DNA of 64,000 nucleotides from Wickerhamiella versatilis (Eukaryota), in contig JAQOWU010000003.1 in assembly GCA_030867685.1 (NCBI GenBank), positions 1,302,001-1,366,000 of the forward strand, read 5' to 3'. The position numbers were made by a program, and so were the translations under genes. The notes beneath the pieces were generated by a model. That model did no database searches. It was not told the DNA's origin and saw only the letters and a list, made by a program, of their open reading frames with translations. Shown here piece by piece: positions 31,927 through 40,188 of the stretch. Each line of letters starts with the position of its first letter. Positions within the stretch are counted from its first letter, which is position 1.

Positions 31927-33468
31927 ATGATTCCCTTCGGTCTCTTTATGCTCGCAGTCATTCTCCAACACGAATGTGCATACTGGCTAATCATGCAACC
32001 AGTATTCAGATGGTCTATGCTCAATTCTGGACCATTGGCTATCGGCGCGTTTCTCTGGGTATTTGCAACACACAAAGTGGACTACTTCTTGAAATATGGC
32101 GCCCCGATAATGGATAAACGTATTGCGAAAACCAAGCGTCGCATCGGCAAGAATGCCACGCGCTGGGCATTGCATCGCAAGCAAAGGTTTATCGGTAATA
32201 CAACATGGGTCTATCAGTCGTTTCTAGTTATGGGATTCCTCGCTTTCCTGTTTATCCGCTTTGTAGTCAAAACCACAATTGGTTTTGTCTTATCGTCCTC
32301 TCTGTCATTGATGGGAAAGCTGAAATGCGCTTTCCTCTTGGCCCGTTGTAAGTTCATTATCATGTTTGGTGTAGTCAAATCAGTGAGTCAAGTATTGCTC
32401 GAAGAATTACATTGCTTTGCATCTATGGCAATGATCGCGATACGTGACATACCTATCACACAGGGCTACTTCGATCTTGCAATTGGTGCCTTCTGGTTAA
32501 TATACGCCGTAGCATATTTCCTTGGCTTCATTCTGCCCCCTATGCTTTATCGCGGCTTGAATACTCTTTATGAGTCACTTTGTATAGCTGTTAGCCGGAC
32601 AATTCGAATAACCGGCACTACTATCAGCTCAATCAAGTGCACCATTGTTACTGTCTGTTTATTTATGATCCAGTGTCTGTTAGCTATTCCATCAGTTATT
32701 GCATTTAGACTGATGAGGCTCACAAGAAATCTTATATTGCTACTTATAGTGCTGCCCTATATTGCTTTGAAGACAACGGCAACCGCTCTCTACACGTCGG
32801 TCAACTCGTTGGCTCGCAACATCAGCACCTGGATCAACCAATTAATCTACGATGGACGTAACAATCTTGCACAAATGCTAAGCACCACCAACAACAACGT
32901 CTACTATTCACCTTCACCATATCTACGTGAATTGGAGCAGAAAAAGCAAGAACTCAATAACAGAATTGCTGTCCTCTGCGATGAACGTGAATTTGGTGCT
33001 GCCGAAAACGTTATGCGATCGCTGGCGAATATTACAGAGGAGATACGTGCCTTGAAGAATACCGAGATTCCACGTACCGAGAATCCAGGCACCGATGAGT
33101 CTAATAAAAAGCCAAAATGGAGCTTCTCAATGAAAGACCTCATCATCATTCTCCTTTCTTCCCTAATTATCCTTCAAGCGATCAGCAACTTCAACAACAC
33201 AACTAGTCCAGTTCCTCGTGCAGAAATATACGAGAAGACAACGCTACCAGCACCGTTGTTTCAGTTCAATGCACAGGAACAATCTTGTACGCTCGACCAA
33301 ATCAAGTGGAACGTTACGCAACCAGCCGACAATGTCACCTTTAAAAGTGGCCCACCAAAGCTCGGCAGTTTCACGCGGTCTGCCATCGAATATACTCGAG
33401 ATGGCCAGCAAGTAATCGTACCTTGGAATGTTTCCAACCACTATTTCTTTGCCAGCGCATTGACCTGA
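31927..33468 (+). CDS. Orphan multi-transmembrane protein, 513 aa; no family recognised
   Basis: Intact ORF with AAAATG context ~55 bp after the TATA-like box. Several hydrophobic helices (aa ~1-290), coiled coil (LRELEQKKQELNNRI), a further TM (LIIILLSSLIILQAI) and a C-terminal segment with NxS/T sequons (NTT, NVT, NVT, NVS). Confidence 0.8.
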   Translation: MIPFGLFMLAVILQHECAYWLIMQPVFRWSMLNSGPLAIGAFLWVFATHKVDYFLKYGAPIMDKRIAKTKRRIGKNATRWALHRKQRFIGNTTWVYQSFLVMGFLAFLFIRFVVKTTIGFVLSSSLSLMGKLKCAFLLARCKFIIMFGVVKSVSQVLLEELHCFASMAMIAIRDIPITQGYFDLAIGAFWLIYAVAYFLGFILPPMLYRGLNTLYESLCIAVSRTIRITGTTISSIKCTIVTVCLFMIQCLLAIPSVIAFRLMRLTRNLILLLIVLPYIALKTTATALYTSVNSLARNISTWINQLIYDGRNNLAQMLSTTNNNVYYSPSPYLRELEQKKQELNNRIAVLCDEREFGAAENVMRSLANITEEIRALKNTEIPRTENPGTDESNKKPKWSFSMKDLIIILLSSLIILQAISNFNNTTSPVPRAEIYEKTTLPAPLFQFNAQEQSCTLDQIKWNVTQPADNVTFKSGPPKLGSFTRSAIEYTRDGQQVIVPWNVSNHYFFASALT

Positions 33469-34142
33469 GTGGTGTAACACCATATTCTAACAATTGACAA
33501 TTCAAGCACCCATTAAAAAGCCGAGAAATTTTATATTTTTCCCGCAAAAAAAAGAAAAAAAAAGAAAGCTTGACTATTTGACAACTATTGTACATGCCAC
33601 CTGACCTCTACGGGTGTGCCGGCGAAAAAAAAATTGTATATAGGAGCTCCAATTGAGTCATTTTGGATTTCCACGTTGCACCCTGCAGCATGACTCTTCC
33701 CCCCGCGGGTAACTTCTCTACCACCTAATGTACACTCTTCCAGCTTCTCTCCTCATTTTGATTCCTCAAAGCCACTTATCACAACTTTGCAAGCAGCCGT
33801 ATAGCGGTATTCAATAGATGACTCTTTGATGCTTGTTGAGTTGCTCAAAGGCAGCGAGGGAAACGAGGCAGAAGCATAAGGAAGTGATGGACTGTGGAGG
33901 TTAAGAAGGTGACTGCACTAATAATGGGAAGAGAAAGCTGCGCTAATTAGCAACAATATGGAATGAAGAGTGACACAGGAGGAGCTCACCTTAAGCCTTC
34001 ATCGCCGGCATACCTCCTCCCAGGTGGTGCAATAGCCAAATAGTGGGCAAAAAAAAAGAAAGCGGGAAAGCGGCTTAGGGTGAGTCAATTGTTAATGGTA
34101 TCACTCAGATAATGGCATGTGGGATTTCAAGGTGTACGGTTA
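33413..34142 (+). other. ~730-nt bulged rod-like RNA hairpin spanning the orphan CDS end and 3' flank
   Basis: At least 14 colinear nested helices, e.g. 33488-33498/34084-34094 (11 bp perfect), 33613-33625/34002-34014, 33465-33474/34099-34108. Non-canonical pairs are G-U on the + strand. Confidence 0.8.
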
Positions 34143-34218
34143 GAGACCAACTCTAACTGGTGAGCTACATGAAATGGACAATAATAGTTGCATATTGCAT
34201 AACGTCATAGCATTATTG

Positions 34219-34239
34219 AGTTAGTTAGTTAGTTAGTTA
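34219..34239. repeat. (AGTT)n microsatellite, ~5 copies
   Basis: agttagttagttagttagtta. Confidence 0.7.
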
Positions 34240-34547
34240 TTATTTTTTTACAATTGCATTTTATTTGACTATGTGATGCTTAAGATACGTGGAAACAGCT
34301 CTGATAGACCAATTCGTATTTGATAAGAACATACTAGTGAAAGTACATCTGCTAATCCCCTCATCCTCTGATCCTATTTCAGTGTAGCCTTCATGAGTTC
34401 TACGCCTAGTAAATTGCAAAGCATGCCAGATGTATGATAAATACGGCTCATGCTATGGTAAAAAAAGTCATCTAGCATAGATTGTATCTTTCTTAAAGAT
34501 TCTGGTTGGAACATAATAGCGTTAATTATAGTATATTCAGGATAGAA

Positions 34548-36008
34548 CTAAAGTTTATTCTTGAATGCAGGTTTGCTCAGACGCTCATAAACACCCTCAT
34601 AAGCAAAATCTGCTGGATTCGAATCGTGAATGCTTAGATTCCTTGTATCAACAAACGAAGGATTAAGATCACTGACCTTCTGAGCCCCTATGAGTCTCAT
34701 GTTCATCTCAATTTCGTCCTTCAACAGATTGATAGCTTTAACGACACCTTCTTCGCCATACGTGCTGAGAGCATATAGGAATGGTCTTCCAATTCCCACA
34801 CCCTTTGCTCCAAGGCACAATGCTTTAACAATATCTGTTCCTCGCCGAATTCCGCCGTCAACATAAACTTCAATGTGGAGCCCGCGTTTTTTCAGCTCCG
34901 GCATCACTTCTGCCAAAACTTCAATACCTGATCGGGCAAAATCTAATTGACGACCACCGTGGTTCGACAGAACTACACCATCAAGTCCCAGCTCCGCAGC
35001 CTTCACTGCATCCTCCCATCGTTGAACGCCCTTCAAGACAAGTGGTTTTTTTGTGAGACTCCGGAGGAATGGTACATCCTTCCAGCTGAGGCCCGGATCG
35101 ATGAAACTCGAGATTGCCCTCGCTGCTCCTTGACTACGGTCTGCCTCACCCCCTTCGCCCTGGACATCAGCTAAGTCTTCATCATATTTTGATCGCATGT
35201 CCTTTTCTCGCCGACCAAGTTGGGGGGCATCTACAGTCACAAAAAATCCTCGGACACCTAAACCCTCTGCGTGTCGAATAAAGTTCGCTGTCACCTTACG
35301 ATCCGCGTTAACATAAACTTGCATCCAGATAGGCTGATTAGGTTGAGCTACAGCAGCAACCTCATCTATAGAGCAGGAGGATAAAGTTGAAAGCATTTGC
35401 GTAATGCCAGCTTTATGGGCCGCTTTTGTTAGAGCTGTTTCACCTTCAGGATGGCCGAGCTTTGCCAATGCAGTAGCAGTAATATAGAACGGGGCTTTAT
35501 TGTCTGTACCGAAGAATTTAGTGGAAAAATCAACGTTAGCAACATCGATGAGAATGCGAGGCCTGAACCAGATCCGCTGATATGCGCGGTGATTTTCCCG
35601 CAATGTCATTTCATCGTCGGCACCTGAAGAATAGTAGTACCATCCAGTGCGATTTAGAGTATGTCTCGCAACCTCTTCGAAATCGTACAAGTTGTATATC
35701 TCACCAAGGGACGGCTTAGCATTGCTATTAGCCACAAGCTGCTTGTCCTCAGGCGAAAGTTCTTCCTCCTGAGCAGTAGGCCCATCCAGAGGTCCTAGCT
35801 TTTCAGAGTCATCCAACAGACGAGTCACGCTAGTTGGATGGAATTTTAGAAAATGTTTGGTAGCATCAGTTCCTGCCACCTTCAAAATCACACTAGGACC
35901 CCCAGGGTGACGTTCAAGGAAATCGGTAACATTGTACACCTGGCCTTCCACAGCTATCCAACAGTCTTCCTTTTTATTATGCTTTCCGAGCTCATCGAGG
36001 CTAATCAT
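34548..36008 (-). CDS. CYB2: Flavocytochrome b2-like L-2-hydroxyacid dehydrogenase (cyt b5 + FMN domains)
   Basis: HPGG heme motif, YYSSGADDE, VTVDAPQLGRREKD, SNHGGRQLD, DGGIRRGTD, GRPFLY. No presequence; ends NKL. Confidence 0.88.
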   Translation of the reverse strand: MISLDELGKHNKKEDCWIAVEGQVYNVTDFLERHPGGPSVILKVAGTDATKHFLKFHPTSVTRLLDDSEKLGPLDGPTAQEEELSPEDKQLVANSNAKPSLGEIYNLYDFEEVARHTLNRTGWYYYSSGADDEMTLRENHRAYQRIWFRPRILIDVANVDFSTKFFGTDNKAPFYITATALAKLGHPEGETALTKAAHKAGITQMLSTLSSCSIDEVAAVAQPNQPIWMQVYVNADRKVTANFIRHAEGLGVRGFFVTVDAPQLGRREKDMRSKYDEDLADVQGEGGEADRSQGAARAISSFIDPGLSWKDVPFLRSLTKKPLVLKGVQRWEDAVKAAELGLDGVVLSNHGGRQLDFARSGIEVLAEVMPELKKRGLHIEVYVDGGIRRGTDIVKALCLGAKGVGIGRPFLYALSTYGEEGVVKAINLLKDEIEMNMRLIGAQKVSDLNPSFVDTRNLSIHDSNPADFAYEGVYERLSKPAFKNKL

Positions 36009-36203
36009 GGACGTCGACCAATGGTGGAGATCCTATAAAATTACAAATAATACAGCAGCCCAAACAGCCTATAATCAATCCACCCTAACCCCGCCCCGCT
36101 TTTCGCACGACGGGGGGTCGGTGTATTTGAAGCACGTTTGAAGCTCTTTCTTAAAGTGGAGCCGTCTCATTATACAAAAATCTATTTTAACCTCATTTGA
36201 TTT

Positions 36204-37052
36204 TCATGCATCTCGAGTCATTAGACTCAGACTAAATTTTCCATGTTCCAATTCGGTCACGAAGGTATCTAAAATTCGAAAGCCGAACTTACGATAAAGC
36301 AATTCCCCACTAGGGGTTGCAATAATAGAAAGCTTCGGCGGTAGAGTACGGTCCCCGAGCCGCACAGGCTTTGTGTATGGATGAATTTTCTCTAAAGCGG
36401 CTTCAAAAAGTTTAGAGCCATAGCCCTTTCCGCCTGGAGCAGCACCAAACATAAGGAGATCCCACGCTGTTTCGCAAGTATAACCTGAGGCTTGGAGGTC
36501 TTCTGGTGAAGAATTCTTCAATCTATCAATGTTTGTGGCATCATGAGCGAACTTTAATTCTTCCACGACCTTGCCAAAGAGCTCAGAACCTCCCGCCATT
36601 TGCTCGTAGGTTGCAGTGAGTCCATGTACCCAATAATACCACAGTTGATGTATGCGAACTCTAATATGGAGCAGCCAAAGACGTGCGCGGGTCATAAAGG
36701 AAACTGGGGCAACAAGTGCTCGAGGGCACTGCCACGCGGCAGCGGCAACTACACCCAAATCTGGCACACGCCAAAAATAAGTATGAACGCCCGGCTGGGA
36801 TATCATTTCATAGAAGACCCAGGCAAGACCATAATTCTGAACCTGGTAAGCTTTCGCTTTTGACACTATCGCATTTAGTCGTTGTCGAGGATCGGTTATA
36901 GATCGCAACTCGGTCAACGCATTAAATCGGAATTTAGGTGGTTGTATATTAACGAAAGCTGGATCGTTTCTAAATGACTCCGAGTATACAGAGGAAAAAG
37001 TGAGCGCATCATCAAATGTGGCATTAAGTGGCTCGACGGTCACGAGTGACAT
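36204..37052 (-). CDS. GNAT-family N-acetyltransferase-like protein
   Basis: Motif A-like LLMFGAAPGGKGYGSKLFEAAL and motif B-like ATPSGELLYRKFGF; VVAAAAW strand. Confidence 0.65.
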   Translation of the reverse strand: MSLVTVEPLNATFDDALTFSSVYSESFRNDPAFVNIQPPKFRFNALTELRSITDPRQRLNAIVSKAKAYQVQNYGLAWVFYEMISQPGVHTYFWRVPDLGVVAAAAWQCPRALVAPVSFMTRARLWLLHIRVRIHQLWYYWVHGLTATYEQMAGGSELFGKVVEELKFAHDATNIDRLKNSSPEDLQASGYTCETAWDLLMFGAAPGGKGYGSKLFEAALEKIHPYTKPVRLGDRTLPPKLSIIATPSGELLYRKFGFRILDTFVTELEHGKFSLSLMTRDA

Positions 37053-37206
37053 CACAGACAGTACTATCTATCGTTACTGATATATTATATAATCACAGAC
37101 GGAATAATCCCATTATTAGATAATAATAGGGTACTGGGCTGATAACGTAAACACGGACATCAACTCAGGTTGCCACAGGTGCTGAGCTCCTAACAGAGTA
37201 ACAGAA

Positions 37207-37866
37207 ATGGCTCGTCGTCCTGCTCGTTGCTACCGTTACCAGAAGAACAAGCCGTTCCCAAAGAGCCGTTACAACCGTGCTGTTCCGGACTCTAAGATCC
37301 GTTCTTTCGACCTTGGTCGCAAGCGTGCATCGGTGGACGAGTTCCCTCTCTGTGTTCACCTCGTGTCTAACGAGTTGGAACAGATCACCTCTGAGGCTCT
37401 CGAAGCCGCACGTATCTGTGCTAACAAGTACTTCACCAAGGCTGCCGGTCGTGAGGCTTTCCACCTCCGTATCCGTGCCCACCCATACCACGTTTTGCGT
37501 ATCAACAAGATGCTTTCGTGCGCCGGTGCAGACCGGCTTCAACAGGGTATGCGTAACGCCTGGGGTAAGCCAGCGGGTCTTGCTGCTCGTGTTGACATTG
37601 GCCAAGTCCTTATGTCCGTCCGTACCAAGGACTCTAACCAAGCCGCAGCTATTGAGTGTCTCCGTCGCTCGCGTTACAAGTTCCCTGGTCAGCAGAAGAT
37701 TATCATCTCTAAGAAGTGGGGCTTCACCCCTCTCGACCGTGAGGAGTACGTCAAGCGTCGTGAGACCGGACAGGTCAAGGATGATGGTGCCTACGTCAAG
37801 TTCTTGACTCCTAAGGGTTCTCTCGAGCAGAACATCGAGGAGTTCCCTGAGGCTTTTGCTGCCTAA
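37207..37866 (+). CDS. RPL10: 60S ribosomal protein L10 (uL16)
   Basis: [47 protein letters not shown]. Confidence 0.98.
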   Translation: MARRPARCYRYQKNKPFPKSRYNRAVPDSKIRSFDLGRKRASVDEFPLCVHLVSNELEQITSEALEAARICANKYFTKAAGREAFHLRIRAHPYHVLRINKMLSCAGADRLQQGMRNAWGKPAGLAARVDIGQVLMSVRTKDSNQAAAIECLRRSRYKFPGQQKIIISKKWGFTPLDREEYVKRRETGQVKDDGAYVKFLTPKGSLEQNIEEFPEAFAA

Positions 37867-38058
37867 GTTTGCAGGATTTTATGGTGTAAAAACATAGTAC
37901 CTATATATATTTAGTAGTCCGGCAAAACGAATAAAAATGGATAGTACGTGTCTTAATCACTATTATAGATTATATCTATAAGTAGCTGGTGAGATCGTGG
38001 CTTAGGGTTCGTTACAAGCTCATACACGCGTCACTCCTACTGTTCAAATTACTTGAGC

Positions 38059-40038
38059 ATGCGTGCTGCACAATTGTTTGCGGCATTTGCCAGTATAGCA
38101 GCTGTATTTGCGGCTCCCACAGAACCCGAGCAAGGTGGAACTACGGATCTTAACCCAGACGACTTCACTAACGGGGGGCCAAAGGGCACATGGTTCGTGA
38201 AGCTCTTTTCCCCCTACTGCCCACACTGCTCCATATTAGCACCAAAATGGGAAGCCGCTTTCGAGCAGGTTCAAAGTGGCGAGGCGCTCAAGTGGGGTAA
38301 CATCAACTGTGTCGATTATGGCGACTTTTGTTCAAGTGAGAACATCAGGGCCTACCCTACTCTGCGGATATATCGAGATGGTAAGCAGGTGTACCAACTT
38401 GATTCTAAGGGATATGAAAAAGACGATTTGGTACAGTTTGCTCAGAAATACCTCGAGCTCGGTGATGGTGCTTGGGCTGAGCCAACTTCGGTTCTTCAAG
38501 CAAATCAGGTCACTACTACGGCACTTAACACTCAGCGAACGACTGCCGAGCCTGCATTTATGACAGCAATCTACAAGGCTCAAAAAGAAGAACAACCTGA
38601 GGATGAAGAGATTCCCGGCATCATATTCGGAGAGGGAGGAGCAGCGAACCATCCAAATTTCCGGAAATCAGGGGACTCTCCTGCCACTCCTCCTGCAGAA
38701 GGAGGTGGGGAATATGGGGACGGTAAAGTGTTTACACTCACTGGTGATTACTTCAATGATTTGGTGCTTGATTCCTCAGAGCCTTGGTTTGTCAAGTTCT
38801 ACTCGCCGAAGTGCCCGCATTGTACGAGCATGGCGCCAGCATTCGAAGAAGCAGCACAGAAACTTAACGGTGTGATCAATGTGGGAGAAGTCAATTGCGA
38901 AAAAGATCTTGATTTGTGCCGAGAGCAAGATGTCACCCACTTCCCTTACTTGAAAGTTTACTTCGGTAGATCGCAACTCCCAGAGTATCTTGGTGCTCGC
39001 TCAGTGAAGAACCTTGTTAATTATGGTTATAGTGCCTCGAAGGCCCAGATTAAGCCTTGCGACAGCGTAGACGAGGTCAAGCAAGCTGTGGCCCTCTCTG
39101 GCGGTAGTGCTTTCATATACCTTTATGACTATACTGCGATGCCTGAGGACTGGCCGCCTTTGCTCGAAGCTACTGAGATTCTGGCTCGTGAGGCCAATGG
39201 TACCGTAATGTTACGCTCAGCTGATGATACCGTGCGGGATGAGGCGGGAATGCACCACCGTGGTCCTGTGCTTGCTTTCGTATATATTTTAGGTGCGGAA
39301 CTAAAATATATTCCCTATCCAGGGAGTGCAATTCCTAGTGACATTCGTAACGTTGCAAAAATTCGGGAGTGGGCCATGAATGTCCGATTCATCGTCCCTA
39401 GGGAGCTAGACCCTGCTGCTATGATACAGTACGCCCCATATGTTTGTATGGCTCTGCTTGGTGGGCGCAGTGATCCTGGGGTAAAAAACTATATCTCCCA
39501 TTTGGCCGATAATTTTCTCGGTATTTGGCGCGGACGGCAGGAAATCGAGCAGGAACGCATGCGTACAGAGCGTTTTAAACTTCATGATACAGCAATGGCA
39601 GCTGGTGACTTTAAGAGTGCCAAACAAATAATGAAAACTCCTATCGAGACGCCTTGGAGACCAGATGCCGCCTTCTCTTATACTGAGAACTTCGAAGATC
39701 TCGATCCAGGTGAAATAGTATGTGCAGACTTCCACAATTCTCACTGGGTGAAAGTGAATAAGGAGAATGGGTATAGACCAGAGCCTCATGAGATAGAAGA
39801 TGCCATCAATGCGCTTAGTCGTGGAGAGGGTCTACCGCTCAGTAAAAAAGTGTCTATACCGAGCTATTCTCCACCACAGACCATCTTTGTTCCTCCAATG
39901 AGCGATAGTGAGCGGGCCGCTGCACGTCGTCATACTCTCCTTAGGATATTTGCGGTAATTGTGTGCATTTACGGTTTCTATCGTCTGTTCATCCGGCGGA
40001 AATTTCGTTCCATCAACAGTCCTACCAAAAGTGATTGA
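38059..40038 (+). CDS. EPS1: ER membrane PDI-family protein with two thioredoxin domains (Eps1-like)
   Basis: Signal peptide, WFVKLFSPYCPHC and WFVKFYSPKCPHC, C-terminal TM followed by a basic tail. Confidence 0.7.
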   Translation: MRAAQLFAAFASIAAVFAAPTEPEQGGTTDLNPDDFTNGGPKGTWFVKLFSPYCPHCSILAPKWEAAFEQVQSGEALKWGNINCVDYGDFCSSENIRAYPTLRIYRDGKQVYQLDSKGYEKDDLVQFAQKYLELGDGAWAEPTSVLQANQVTTTALNTQRTTAEPAFMTAIYKAQKEEQPEDEEIPGIIFGEGGAANHPNFRKSGDSPATPPAEGGGEYGDGKVFTLTGDYFNDLVLDSSEPWFVKFYSPKCPHCTSMAPAFEEAAQKLNGVINVGEVNCEKDLDLCREQDVTHFPYLKVYFGRSQLPEYLGARSVKNLVNYGYSASKAQIKPCDSVDEVKQAVALSGGSAFIYLYDYTAMPEDWPPLLEATEILAREANGTVMLRSADDTVRDEAGMHHRGPVLAFVYILGAELKYIPYPGSAIPSDIRNVAKIREWAMNVRFIVPRELDPAAMIQYAPYVCMALLGGRSDPGVKNYISHLADNFLGIWRGRQEIEQERMRTERFKLHDTAMAAGDFKSAKQIMKTPIETPWRPDAAFSYTENFEDLDPGEIVCADFHNSHWVKVNKENGYRPEPHEIEDAINALSRGEGLPLSKKVSIPSYSPPQTIFVPPMSDSERAAARRHTLLRIFAVIVCIYGFYRLFIRRKFRSINSPTKSD

Positions 40039-40188
40039 TTAATACTGTTCAGAGGCTTTCTATATTTAGTGAAATGTTGGATTGGTTGGACTAATATTAT
40101 AGTTCCAGTCTTTTTTTGAAGCATTATCCTTAAGAGAGAAAAAAATATTACCTATGTGTTGGTTTTTTTTGTAGGAATAAATATTTAA

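Noticed and set aside
33466-33477. Hairpin-stimulated readthrough or editing of the orphan TGA
   Set aside because: Readthrough would add only 3 residues before an in-frame TAA (TGA GTG GTG TAA).
33413-34142. MITE/foldback DNA transposon as the origin of the inverted repeat
   Set aside because: No clean terminal inverted repeats or target-site duplication; pairing depends on strand-specific G-U pairs and includes an A/A loop.
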